Under the pieces are notes generated by a model. That model saw only the letters and a program-made list of their open reading frames with translations, had not been told where the DNA came from and did not search any database. A stretch of DNA of 64,000 bases from assembly GCA_963662465.1 (NCBI GenBank), contig OY759599.1:3136001-3200000 (forward strand), written 5' to 3'. Position 1 is the stretch's first letter. Each line of letters starts with the position of its first letter. A program made the position numbers and the translations under genes. Shown in pieces: positions 1-9,568 of this stretch. This stretch comes from Desulfatiglandales bacterium (lineage in GTDB: Bacteria; Desulfobacterota; DSM-4660; Desulfatiglandales; Desulfatiglandaceae).

Positions 1-2
1 GA

Positions 3-419
3 TCCCTGGGGGCCGCGGTGGCAACGGAAATTGCCACGAAAAGAAAGGCGAGATGTCTGATTCTGGAAAGTGCCTTTACCTCAACCCGGGATATGGCCAA
101 AACCATGCCGCTTTTTGCGCTTTTATCTCCCTTTCTGCCGGCCCATTACAACAACCTGAAGAAAATCCAGCACATCACCGCACCCAAACTGGTCATTCAC
201 GGCGACATGGACAAAATCGTCCCCTTCAAAATGGGTAAACGACTTTTCAAGGAGGCAAAGGGACCCAAAAATTTTTACCCCATCAAGGGGGCGGGGCACA
301 ACGATACATGGATCATCGGCGGAAGAGCGTATTTTGAAATGTTGGCGAAGTTTATCATGGATACTCCTGAGTTCGTAACTTTCATTTCCCGTCCCCGGAT
401 GCCGCAATGGCGGCCTTAA
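3..419 (+). CDS. Alpha/beta hydrolase, 5'-truncated by the window edge
   Basis: Frame is open from base 3 and reads SLGAAVA (nucleophile elbow), LILESAFTS, VIHGDMDKIVP and GAGHND (catalytic His). Confidence 0.85.
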   Translation, partial: SLGAAVATEIATKRKARCLILESAFTSTRDMAKTMPLFALLSPFLPAHYNNLKKIQHITAPKLVIHGDMDKIVPFKMGKRLFKEAKGPKNFYPIKGAGHNDTWIIGGRAYFEMLAKFIMDTPEFVTFISRPRMPQWRP

Positions 420-957
420 GCTCTTTCATAATGGGACCGTCCTCCCCCCACAGAGCACAGCTGTTCACCAGTTGGGGCAGGGCCTCGAATTCCTCCAGAG
501 AACGGGGAAGCGGCCGGCGCTCCCGGGAATGCTCCGTCCAGTAGCCATGAAGCGACGCCGTTCCCATAACCATCATCAGATGGGTCATGTGGTTGCACCC
601 GCGAACCCCGCCAAAAAGTTTTCGCACCTGTTCGCTGTATCCCCCAACGATTTTAAGGCCCACGGCCCGTTTGACCCCTTCAAGGGTCGTGGAACAGAGT
701 TCGTGGGGCACATCAGGCATTTCGGCTTCCGCATCCAGGATAGTCAAAGGCCAGTCCCCCACCAGAAACCGGATGCACATCCAATGCACCACCCCGGGTC
801 CCCTGGAAACGCCGTTCCAGTGATACCCTTCAACCAGTCGCTCATCCCGCAGCCATCCCTCAACAATCAACCGCCCGTTCTCCAGCGGATAGGTCCGCAA
901 CTCCAACCGCCGCTCATGAACGGGGTCGCCCTTGATTTGTTCTTTTAATGTCGTCAT
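382..957 (-). CDS. DUF2889-like conserved protein
   Basis: HERRLE, VHWM, AEAEMPDVPHELC and GVRGCNHM pattern typical of DUF2889. Confidence 0.7.
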   Translation of the reverse strand: MTTLKEQIKGDPVHERRLELRTYPLENGRLIVEGWLRDERLVEGYHWNGVSRGPGVVHWMCIRFLVGDWPLTILDAEAEMPDVPHELCSTTLEGVKRAVGLKIVGGYSEQVRKLFGGVRGCNHMTHLMMVMGTASLHGYWTEHSRERRPLPRSLEEFEALPQLVNSCALWGEDGPIMKELKAAIAASGDGK

Positions 958-984
958 TCGCTGTTTTTCCTTATGAAAAAAATA

Positions 985-1695
985 TTAATTGGGAGAAACA
1001 ATCTCCGGATATCTGACCTTTCGGTAATAAGACTCCGAAAGATACACCGCCGCCAGGGGGTTATGCCCCGTCACCCGGTCCTTGACCGCCAGCACAGTGG
1101 TCGGCGCTTTTGCGTATTTAAAAAAGAGCGAATCATGGCCCACGCACAAGCCCAAGAGAACATTCAATTGAGATCCTTCATGGTTCAACACCGTAGCCTG
1201 ATAGATGGGGTTGCACATGGCCTCGTCCGTACCCTGAAAAATCTTTTCCGATTCTTTCAGACCAAGAATGTCCTTGGAGGTACGGCCCGCCTTGCAGAGT
1301 ACGGAAATCACTTCAAGCCCATGGCTTTCGAAAATTTCCGTTACCAGCCGCGCCTCTTTCACCAGCCCCACGCAAAAGGCAAGCCCCAACCGCTGGTACC
1401 CCATTTTCCCGGCAAACTCACAGATCTCCACAATTCGGGTCTTGGTGGGCTGCATGACATAGGGCTTTTGATCACGGTTGGCATAGCATTCGGCCTCTTG
1501 CAGCGAAGCGTTTCGGGCAAACTCCCCAACCTCGGGGATCTCATATTCCCGGTTTGCCTCATCAAGCGCCTGACGGTCCCGCAAGGTCGGACACCCCTTG
1601 CCGCCCTTCCCTTCCTTTGTCATACAAATCCTCTCGGAGGTATCCACGTCACAGAGCGCACAGGCCGGCGCAATAGGTTTTCTTTTGTTTTCCAT
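985..1695 (-). CDS. DUF1847-family Cys-rich putative metal-binding protein
   Basis: TRIVEI, LGLAFCVGL, CKAG, MCNPIYQA, LGLCVGHDSLF and KDRVTGHNP motifs. Confidence 0.85.
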   Translation of the reverse strand: MENKRKPIAPACALCDVDTSERICMTKEGKGGKGCPTLRDRQALDEANREYEIPEVGEFARNASLQEAECYANRDQKPYVMQPTKTRIVEICEFAGKMGYQRLGLAFCVGLVKEARLVTEIFESHGLEVISVLCKAGRTSKDILGLKESEKIFQGTDEAMCNPIYQATVLNHEGSQLNVLLGLCVGHDSLFFKYAKAPTTVLAVKDRVTGHNPLAAVYLSESYYRKVRYPEIVSPN

Positions 1696-1852
1696 TTTAT
1701 CTCCTTATTCAGCGATTCGCCTTTGGCTGTTGGCTAACAATTGCATATAAAGGCGGCATCTTTACATGCATGGTAAAAATTTTAAAGATAAATCCGCATC
1801 CCCGCCACTCCCGCTAACGGGCATTTTCCAAAAAAATAGCCCTTCGAATCCC

Positions 1853-1881
1853 TTGACAATAGAAATGCGCCATGTTACTGA
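1853..1881 (+). promoter_or_regulatory. Candidate sigma70 promoter for the 1927 gene and valS
   Basis: TTGACA, 17-bp spacer ending in TGT, then TACTGA (weak extended -10). Confidence 0.35.
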
Positions 1882-1926
1882 TTTGACAAAGACTGCTCCC
1901 TTAAAACCCGTAATTGGGGAACCCAA

Positions 1927-2703
1927 ATGAACGCAAATCAAGATTTATTCAATGATATTGAAAAAGTCGTGCCGGTACGTGCGAATCGAGATGTCGCACC
2001 GGATACACCCTCCATGGGCGATATCATAGAGCTGACCGATGTGATACAGGAAGGAGAAACAACAACGGAACCCTCTGATGCACCTATGTTTTTGGATTCG
2101 GAGGAACCGGACGACTTCCCAGTCAAAACCACGGAAAATGCAACACCCGCTGAAACGACCGTTCAATCACTGCCTGTAGAAGAAGTGGACGACTTTCCCG
2201 AAATGGACTCGGAAGACGCCTTCTCAGCACTGGAATCTTCAGATTTTGAATTTGAGACCGCACCGGAATTTGAAGAAGATGATGCCAAACCTTTTTCGGA
2301 ACCGCTCCCCGAAGACCTGGACCACGTCCTGGCCGGTATCGAGAAAGAAGAAACTGAAACTGAAAGACATGAAGACCTTCCGGCCGGCATTGAAGAAGAG
2401 ACCGGCGCTGAAAGGGCTGAAGACATTCTGGCCGGTTTTATAGAAATAGACGAAGATGAAAAACCTCATGATGTTCTGACCTGTCTGGAAGGAAAAGAGG
2501 CAAAGGATGAAAAACCTACAGATAGCGCCGTCAACCATGACATTCCCGGCATTTCCGAAGAAAAAATGAAGGAACTTCTCACCGGAATCATTCAGGAGAC
2601 CGTTAATAAAGCCATCCGCGAAACCGTTTCGGAGGCTGCCGAAAAAGTCATCCGGGAAGCCATCGCGAGCCTGAAACAAAGCATCGAATCCTCCGGGAAA
2701 TAA
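1927..2703 (+). CDS. Highly acidic, probably disordered protein with a C-terminal helical region (PopZ-like candidate)
   Basis: 258 aa with an E/D/P-rich centre, N-terminal PSMGDIIELTDVI and an amphipathic C-terminus; GGGGA RBS. Confidence 0.7.
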   Translation: MNANQDLFNDIEKVVPVRANRDVAPDTPSMGDIIELTDVIQEGETTTEPSDAPMFLDSEEPDDFPVKTTENATPAETTVQSLPVEEVDDFPEMDSEDAFSALESSDFEFETAPEFEEDDAKPFSEPLPEDLDHVLAGIEKEETETERHEDLPAGIEEETGAERAEDILAGFIEIDEDEKPHDVLTCLEGKEAKDEKPTDSAVNHDIPGISEEKMKELLTGIIQETVNKAIRETVSEAAEKVIREAIASLKQSIESSGK

Positions 2704-2737
2704 CAACTTGATATTTTTTTTTGACCATAGCAGATTC

Positions 2738-2775
2738 AAGGGGGTTGTAAAACCGTTACAACCCCCTTCCTGTTT
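2738..2775 (+). terminator. Perfect 13-bp hairpin between the 1927 gene and valS
   Basis: AAGGGGGTTGTAA-aaccg-TTACAACCCCCTT followed by cctgtttt. Confidence 0.55.
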
Positions 2776-2795
2776 TACGAGGAGCCTGATAATTG

Positions 2796-5447
2796 ATGGA
2801 AAAAGAACCCATCGCCAAAAGTTACGAACCCAAAGAAGTTGAAGCAAAATGGTACCAGTACTGGGAGGAAAACGACCTCTTTAAACCAACGGCCGCATCT
2901 GAAAAATCCCCATACTGCATTGTGATTCCCCCCCCCAACGTAACCGGGACCCTTCACATGGGGCATGCCTTAAACAATACCCTTCAGGATATTTTATGCC
3001 GTTACAAAAAAATGGCGGGCTGCAACGTCCTCTGGCAACCGGGTACGGATCATGCCGGCATCGCCACCCAGAACGTGGTGGAGCGAGACCTGGCGGCCCA
3101 GGGGACGGACCGGCATGCGGTAGGCAGGGAACAGTTCATTGAACGGGTATGGGAATGGCGCAAAAAATACGGCGGATTGATCATCAATCAGCTCAGGAGA
3201 CTGGGATGCTCCTGCGACTGGAGTCGGGAACGGTTCACCATGGATGAAGGACTTTCCAGGGCCGTTAAGGAGGTTTTTGTGCGCCTCTATGAGGAGGGCC
3301 TCATTTACCGGGGAGATTACATCATCAACTGGTGCCCGAGGTGCCACACGGCCCTGGCGGACCTGGAGGTGGAGCATCATGACCAGGAGAGCTATCTTTA
3401 TCACATCAGATACCGTCTTGAAGATGGAACAGGCCACCTGATCGTTGCCACCACCAGACCGGAAACCCTGCTGGGGGATACGGCCGTGGCCGTCAATCCC
3501 AAGGACGAACGGTACGCCCATTTAAAAGGCGCCAACGTCCTCCTCCCGGTCCTGAACAAGCCGATCCCCATTATCTTTGACCGTTATGTGGACATGGCAT
3601 TCGGCACCGGAGCCTTGAAAATCACGCCGGCCCACGATCCCAACGACTTTGAAATCGGAAACCAGCATAACCTGGAACGAATCAAGGTGATTGATGATGA
3701 CGGCATTATGAACGAACTGGCAGGTCCCTACCAAGGGCTTGACCGGTTTGCGTGCCGAGAACAGATCTTAAAAGACCTGGAAACGGCGGGGCTTCTGGAA
3801 AAGGTGGAACCTTACCAGAATGCCGTAGGACACTGCTACAGATGTAAAACCATGATCGAACCCATCTTGAGCAAACAGTGGTTTGTGAAAACGGCGCCCC
3901 TGGCCAAAAAGGCCGGTGATGCGGTAAGGGATGGAAAAACAAGAATTTACCCCAATAACTGGGAAGCCGTCTATTTTGACTGGATGGACAACATCAGGGA
4001 CTGGTGCATTTCCAGACAAATCTGGTGGGGACACCGAATCCCCGCGTGGTATTGCGACGCATGTGGTGAAATCACGGTGGCCAAAACAACACCCTCGAAA
4101 TGCGCCCACTGCGACAGCGAAAACATCCGTCAGGAAACCGACGTGCTGGACACCTGGTTCAGCTCGGCCCTGTGGCCCTTTTCCACCCTGGGATGGCCGG
4201 ATAAAACCCCTGAATTGGCAACATTTTACCCGACGGCGGCCCTCGTCACCGGATTCGACATCCTCTTTTTCTGGGTGGCCAGGATGATGATGATGGGCAT
4301 CCATTTCATGGGAGATATCCCCTTCAAGGATGTGTATATCCATGCGCTGGTTCGGGATGCGGAAGGCAAAAAAATGAGCAAAAGCAAGGGGAACGTCATC
4401 GATCCCCTGGTGGTCATGGACGAGCACGGGACGGACGCCTTTCGATTCACCCTGGCGGCACTGGCAGCCCAGGGACGGGACATCAAACTTTCAGAGGAAA
4501 GAATTCTGGGGTATCGCCACTTTGTCAACAAACTGTGGAATGCGGCCCGTTTCGTGTTCATGAACCTGGATGATACCGCCACAGCGCCCGCCCAAAGACC
4601 ACCCGCTACCCTTGCGGATCGCTGGATTCTGACCCGTATCGGGGAAGTCAGCGATCAAGTGGCCGGCGCCATTAACGACTACCAGTTCAATGAAGCAGCC
4701 GGCCTCTGCTACCAGTTTGTATGGCACGAATTCTGCGACTGGTACCTTGAAATGGCCAAGCAGGCGTTTTACGGAGATGATCAGGAACTCAAAGATGCGG
4801 CGCAACATACAGTTCTGGCAGCCTTGGGGGCCTCATTGAAATTGCTGCACCCCTTCATGCCCTTTGTGACGGAAGAAATATGGCAGCGACTTCCCGGGAC
4901 CGAAGGCAGCATCATGAGCGCCGCATTTCCGGATTCATCAGGCTTTCCAAAGGATGAAAAAGCACTGACGGATATGACGCTCCTCATGGGAATTATCGCG
5001 GGCATCCGGAACATACGGGGGGAAATGAACCTTCCCCCTTCAAAAAATGTCAGAGTGGTCATTGATACGGGCAATACCAAAGAAACCACCTGTATCCAAA
5101 AAAACTCAGAACAAGTCAAAACCCTGGCCAAAGTAGAAGATTTGACCATCGGCTCAGGCCTTAAAAAACCCGTAGCCTCTGCCACGGCCGTATTCGGAGA
5201 CACATCCATTCATGTGATTTTAAAAGGCCTTCTGGATTTTGGAGAAGAGAAAAAGCGCATTCGCAAATCCATCCTCAAAATTGAAAAAGACCTGAAAGCC
5301 TCGGAGAAGAAACTTTCAAATCCCGGGTTCCTGGATAAGGCCCCGGAAGATATCGTGGCGGACGTCAGGGCCAAAGCGGAAACCCTAACCGCCAAGCGCG
5401 ATAAACTTGCGCATAACCTGGCCGTTTTGGAGAACATCGATGAATAA
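2796..5447 (+). CDS. valS: Valine--tRNA ligase
   Basis: PPPNVTGTLHMGH (HIGH), KMSKS, DWCISRQIWWGH and a C-terminal coiled-coil arm. Confidence 0.98.
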   Translation: MEKEPIAKSYEPKEVEAKWYQYWEENDLFKPTAASEKSPYCIVIPPPNVTGTLHMGHALNNTLQDILCRYKKMAGCNVLWQPGTDHAGIATQNVVERDLAAQGTDRHAVGREQFIERVWEWRKKYGGLIINQLRRLGCSCDWSRERFTMDEGLSRAVKEVFVRLYEEGLIYRGDYIINWCPRCHTALADLEVEHHDQESYLYHIRYRLEDGTGHLIVATTRPETLLGDTAVAVNPKDERYAHLKGANVLLPVLNKPIPIIFDRYVDMAFGTGALKITPAHDPNDFEIGNQHNLERIKVIDDDGIMNELAGPYQGLDRFACREQILKDLETAGLLEKVEPYQNAVGHCYRCKTMIEPILSKQWFVKTAPLAKKAGDAVRDGKTRIYPNNWEAVYFDWMDNIRDWCISRQIWWGHRIPAWYCDACGEITVAKTTPSKCAHCDSENIRQETDVLDTWFSSALWPFSTLGWPDKTPELATFYPTAALVTGFDILFFWVARMMMMGIHFMGDIPFKDVYIHALVRDAEGKKMSKSKGNVIDPLVVMDEHGTDAFRFTLAALAAQGRDIKLSEERILGYRHFVNKLWNAARFVFMNLDDTATAPAQRPPATLADRWILTRIGEVSDQVAGAINDYQFNEAAGLCYQFVWHEFCDWYLEMAKQAFYGDDQELKDAAQHTVLAALGASLKLLHPFMPFVTEEIWQRLPGTEGSIMSAAFPDSSGFPKDEKALTDMTLLMGIIAGIRNIRGEMNLPPSKNVRVVIDTGNTKETTCIQKNSEQVKTLAKVEDLTIGSGLKKPVASATAVFGDTSIHVILKGLLDFGEEKKRIRKSILKIEKDLKASEKKLSNPGFLDKAPEDIVADVRAKAETLTAKRDKLAHNLAVLENIDE

Positions 5448-6309
5448 CAGACCGATTTCGCCAATGGACGCTGTGATCAGGCGCGCCCTCGAGGAAGACA
5501 TGGGACCCGGAGATGCCACCACAAATGCCATCGTGGCCCCCGATGCCATGGGCGAAGCCATCCTGATTGCCCGTTCTGATATTATCCTGGCCGGCATGAT
5601 ACTGTTCAAACGAACATTTCTGGAAGTCGATCCGACACTGACATTTTTGGAACAGTACAAAGAAGGGGATTTGGCCCCACGGGGGTCCACTGTGTGCAGC
5701 GTCAGGGGCCGCCTGGCCGCCATTTTGATCGGAGAAAGAACCGCCCTTAATTTTCTGCAACGCATGAGCGGCATCGCAACGCTCACCCGCCGATATGTGG
5801 AAAAAATCAAAGGAACCGGCGCTAAAATCCTTGACACCAGGAAAACCGCGCCGGGTCTCAGGTGGTGCGACAAATACGCCGTCCGAATGGGCGGCGGATA
5901 CAACCACCGATTCGGGCTCTTTGACGGCATCCTGATTAAAGACAATCATATCGCGGCGGCCGGATCCATTTCGAAAGCCGTTCTCCTGGCCCGAAAGGGA
6001 GCGGCTCACACCCTCGGGGTAGAAGTGGAAGTGGAAGATCTTGACGGCGTCAAAGAAGCCTGTGGGGCCGGCGCCGACACCATTTTGTTGGACAACATGA
6101 CGCCCTCTGAAATGAAACAGGCGGTCAGCCTTATCAACGGCTGCGCCCTGGTGGAAGCGTCAGGCGGCATCACTTTGGATACCGTGAAGGAGATTGCAGC
6201 CACGGGGGTTGATTTAATCTCCGTGGGCGCACTGACCCATTCCCCTGAAGCAGCGGATTTCAGTCTGGAGATCAGTGATGTTGCAAAAGATGACAACTCC
6301 CGCCATTGA
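5440..6309 (+). CDS. nadC: Nicotinate-nucleotide diphosphorylase (carboxylating)
   Basis: ERTALNFLQRMSGIAT, DTRKT, NHRFGL, LIKDNH, EVEV, LLDN and EASGGI; ATG at 5440 overlaps the valS end. Confidence 0.96.
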   Translation: MNNRPISPMDAVIRRALEEDMGPGDATTNAIVAPDAMGEAILIARSDIILAGMILFKRTFLEVDPTLTFLEQYKEGDLAPRGSTVCSVRGRLAAILIGERTALNFLQRMSGIATLTRRYVEKIKGTGAKILDTRKTAPGLRWCDKYAVRMGGGYNHRFGLFDGILIKDNHIAAAGSISKAVLLARKGAAHTLGVEVEVEDLDGVKEACGAGADTILLDNMTPSEMKQAVSLINGCALVEASGGITLDTVKEIAATGVDLISVGALTHSPEAADFSLEISDVAKDDNSRH

Positions 6310-7051
6310 GATGAAAGGCGTATGCTTTTCCTACGACGGATCCCCCATACTCGAAGACATCAGCTTCATCTTAAAGCAGGGAGATTTTCTAGGGATGATC
6401 GGCCCCAACGGGGGAGGCAAGACAACCCTTCTCAAACTCTTTCTGGGCATCCTCAAACCCGACAAAGGCCTCATACGGGTGCTGGGGGAGCCGCCCCACC
6501 GGGCACGCCGCCGCGTGGGGTATGTTCCCCAGAACACGGACTTCAACAATACCTTTCCCATTTCCGTCATGGACGTTGCGTTAATGGGACGAATTGCCGC
6601 AAGCCGCATGGGAAAAGGCTTTTCCCAAAAGGATCGCCCCGTGGTGGAAGAAGCCCTCAAAAAAGTGGGCATGTGGCATAGAAAAGCGGACCCCATCGGC
6701 AAATTGTCAGGGGGACAGCGGCAACGGGTGTTGATTGCCAGGGCCCTGGCAACAGAACCGGAAATTCTGTTCCTGGATGAACCCACCGCCAAGGTTGATC
6801 CGGAATTTGAAACCAATATTTACGACTTTCTCAAAGAACTGAACGATCAAGCCACCATCGTCACCATCACCCACGACGTGGGCGTCATCTCCAGGTATAT
6901 CAAATCCGTGGCCTGTGTCAATCGAACGCTAGTTTACCACGAAGAAGCCAAAATAACCCATGAAATGCTTGACATGGCCTATGAATGCCCAGTGGACCTG
7001 ATCGCTCACGGCATTCCCCACCGGGTGCTGCCACGTCACGGGAAGGAATAG
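6290..7051 (+). CDS. znuC: Zn/Mn ABC transporter ATP-binding protein
   Basis: GPNGGGKT, GYVPQ, LSGGQRQR, LFLDEP and a C-terminal His-rich tail; start uncertain (6275-6311). Confidence 0.85.
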   Translation: MTTPAIEMKGVCFSYDGSPILEDISFILKQGDFLGMIGPNGGGKTTLLKLFLGILKPDKGLIRVLGEPPHRARRRVGYVPQNTDFNNTFPISVMDVALMGRIAASRMGKGFSQKDRPVVEEALKKVGMWHRKADPIGKLSGGQRQRVLIARALATEPEILFLDEPTAKVDPEFETNIYDFLKELNDQATIVTITHDVGVISRYIKSVACVNRTLVYHEEAKITHEMLDMAYECPVDLIAHGIPHRVLPRHGKE

Positions 7052-7060
7052 GCAATTAAC

Positions 7061-7894
7061 ATGTGGGAGGCCCTGCAATACGATTTCATGAGAAACGCCC
7101 TGCTGGCCGGGCTGCTCGTCAGCATATCCTGCGGCATTATCGGCAGTCTCGTGGTGGTCAACCGCATCGTGTTTATCTCGGGCGGCATCGCCCATGCCGC
7201 TTTCGGCGGCGTGGGGCTCGGGTTTTTCTACGGTTTTTCGCCCTTTCTGGGGGCGGCGATCTTCGCTTCGGGCGTATCCATCATCATGGGTGTTGTCAGT
7301 CTGAAAGCCAGGCACCGGGCCGACACCATTATCGGCGTACTCTGGGCAGTGGGCATGGCCGTGGGCATCATCCTCATCGATTTGACCCCCGGTTATCATG
7401 TGGACCTCATGAGTTATCTGTTCGGCAGCATCCTGGCGGTTCCCGCCTCAGACCTCTGGCTCATGCTGCCGCTGGACGGGGTAATTCTCCTGGTGGTCAT
7501 GCTCTTTTACAAAGAGTTCGTAGCGCTCTCCTATGACGAACAATTCGCCTTTGTGGTGGGGATTCCCGTCAAAACCCTGTACATGGCAATGTTGGGAATG
7601 ACGGCCCTTTCCATCGTCATGATCATTCGGGTGGTGGGGCTGATCCTGGTGATCGCTCTTTTGACCATTCCGCCTTTTATCGCTGAAAAATACACCCGAT
7701 CCCTGGGTCAAATGATGCTGTTGGCCTCCATTCTGGGCGCCGGCTTCACGCTTTCGGGTCTGTGGCTCTCCTATACCTTCAACCTCACGTCAGGGGCCAC
7801 CATTATTCTCGTCGCCGGACTGGGGTTTTTCTTTTTTCAGATGTTGGATTTCATAAAGGGCAAGCATTCATTTTCCCGAGCCAAAAGGTCATGA
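7061..7894 (+). CDS. znuB: Zn/Mn ABC transporter permease
   Basis: GGIAHAAFGG, DLMSYLFGSIL and VVGLILVIALLTIP (ABC-3 family). Confidence 0.88.
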   Translation: MWEALQYDFMRNALLAGLLVSISCGIIGSLVVVNRIVFISGGIAHAAFGGVGLGFFYGFSPFLGAAIFASGVSIIMGVVSLKARHRADTIIGVLWAVGMAVGIILIDLTPGYHVDLMSYLFGSILAVPASDLWLMLPLDGVILLVVMLFYKEFVALSYDEQFAFVVGIPVKTLYMAMLGMTALSIVMIIRVVGLILVIALLTIPPFIAEKYTRSLGQMMLLASILGAGFTLSGLWLSYTFNLTSGATIILVAGLGFFFFQMLDFIKGKHSFSRAKRS

Positions 7895-8310
7895 GCTGGA
7901 ATATTTTCTCCCCCGTTAAACGGATTAGAAGAAAGGGCAAGGCAAGAGACGGCTTTGACGAATTAATCGACATCATTGAAACATTTGCGCCGAGAACATT
8001 CCTGAAGGAAAGGGAAGCATTTTACTACAATTACAAAATGATGCCATACTGCAAAAAATCGTTGCTAACACTTCTTGGAACCGTGTCCCAGGTCAAACGC
8101 CTGAAGACCGACCCCGGCGATCACGCCTGTGAACTCTTCCTGAAACTGAAAGAATTTTACGATCCCAGAGAAAAATTATCCCTGGCACAAGCCCTTGCGG
8201 ACAAGAATCTTAGCAGAAGATTTGAAGATTTATTCGTTTTCTTTTATGGCAGGCAGAATCTTTCCCGTGAAGAAATCACGGGATGGCTCGATAGACTGGC
8301 AATAAATTGA
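7891..8310 (+). CDS. Hypothetical protein
   Basis: ATGA overlap with the znuB stop; fills the gap to the next gene. Confidence 0.6.
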   Translation: MSWNIFSPVKRIRRKGKARDGFDELIDIIETFAPRTFLKEREAFYYNYKMMPYCKKSLLTLLGTVSQVKRLKTDPGDHACELFLKLKEFYDPREKLSLAQALADKNLSRRFEDLFVFFYGRQNLSREEITGWLDRLAIN

Positions 8311-8322
8311 CCCCCAAAAGAG

Positions 8323-9120
8323 ATGAATCGGACAACGGCATCAATGGAAACCATCGAGATCAACAGCCCGAAAAACCCCACATTCAGGGCCTTGCTGCGT
8401 CTAATCAATCCACGAGACATCCGGAAACAGGCAAGGGCGCTTCTTTCCGGACCGAAACAAACCCGGGAAGTTTTGAGGGAATTCCCGGACCGGTGTACCA
8501 GCATCATTTTCTCCAGCGGTCAGGCGCCCCCCGATTTTCCGGGAACAGACGCAATTCCCCGATACCGCCTGAGCCCTGATCTCTTTGGCCGGGTGGATTC
8601 TTTCGGCACAAAACATCCGGTGCTGATCGTGCGGGCGGAACCCCTTCCCCATTTTGACGGCAATGGGGTGCAAAAGGGTTGCACCTTGTGCATTCCGTTC
8701 CAGGATCCCGGCAATGTGGGAACCGTTATCCGTGCAGCGGCTGCGTTCGGCGTTTCGAAAATTGTTCTTTTACAGGAAGCAGCCCACCCCTTTCATCCCA
8801 GGTCGCTCCGGGCCGCGGGAAGCAACATTTTCAGAACGCCTCTCTTCCAGGGGCCGGGCGTCGTCCAGCTTAAACAGTTTAAAATTCCCTTGGTTATCAT
8901 GACGTCCGAAGGAAAAGATGTGGCACGATTCAATTTCCCCGAAAGCTTCTGCCTGGTCCCAGGCCTGGAAGGACCCGGCATCCCGGAAATCCTCAAGGGG
9001 GGCGCCAAAATCTCAATACCCATGACCAATGGCGTGGAATCGCTGAATGCCGCCATGGCCACCGGCATTGTTCTCTACCTGTGGCGGAATGGACGGCGGA
9101 AATCGGAGGCAGGAATTTAG
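8323..9120 (+). CDS. TrmH/SpoU-family RNA methyltransferase
   Basis: QDPGNVGTVIRAAAAFG, GLEGPG and IPMTNGVESLNAAMA SPOUT motifs. Confidence 0.92.
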   Translation: MNRTTASMETIEINSPKNPTFRALLRLINPRDIRKQARALLSGPKQTREVLREFPDRCTSIIFSSGQAPPDFPGTDAIPRYRLSPDLFGRVDSFGTKHPVLIVRAEPLPHFDGNGVQKGCTLCIPFQDPGNVGTVIRAAAAFGVSKIVLLQEAAHPFHPRSLRAAGSNIFRTPLFQGPGVVQLKQFKIPLVIMTSEGKDVARFNFPESFCLVPGLEGPGIPEILKGGAKISIPMTNGVESLNAAMATGIVLYLWRNGRRKSEAGI

Positions 9121-9172
9121 AATGACCTTTTTCTCTTCCAGTTAAAGTTAGTCGGAGTTGATGTTTATTTTT

Positions 9173-9216
9173 CAATCGACAATCATAAATAAATCAACAA
9201 TCAACAATCAACAATC
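9173..9216. repeat. 7-bp tandem repeat (TCAACAA-like)
   Basis: caatcga caatcat aaataaa tcaacaa tcaacaa tcaacaa tc. Confidence 0.75.
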
Positions 9217-9233
9217 CAGCGGGGGAGGTCGCG

Positions 9234-9509
9234 ATGTTGGAATTCATCAGTTCAATCAAATTTTGCGCACCGCTCTATCAAATCATTCTACTGCTCACAC
9301 TAAGCACCTTTGCCCTCATTTTCGGCAACGCAAAGGCAGCCCTTTTGATCAACTATCTTTTTGCCCTGTACTGGGCCTATGTGTTTGACAGGCAATACAT
9401 CCTGGAAGCAGGAGCGAAACAAACATCCCTCTTCCCCTGGCTTTACTTTGGTTTCGGTTTCGCCATTTTCTTTCTGGCTCTCATTGGTCTGTTTTTAAAA
9501 AAGGACTAA
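9234..9509 (+). CDS. Small hydrophobic membrane protein
   Basis: GGGGAGG RBS; about three hydrophobic segments in 91 aa. Confidence 0.65.
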   Translation: MLEFISSIKFCAPLYQIILLLTLSTFALIFGNAKAALLINYLFALYWAYVFDRQYILEAGAKQTSLFPWLYFGFGFAIFFLALIGLFLKKD

Positions 9510-9568
9510 TAATTTATTCACATCGCACCTTGGCAATTTACTATCTTTGAAATTTTGGAGGTTTCATC

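Noticed and set aside
1731..1746. Sigma-54 promoter TGGCTAACAATTGCA
   Set aside because: The GG-to-GC spacing is 9, not 10
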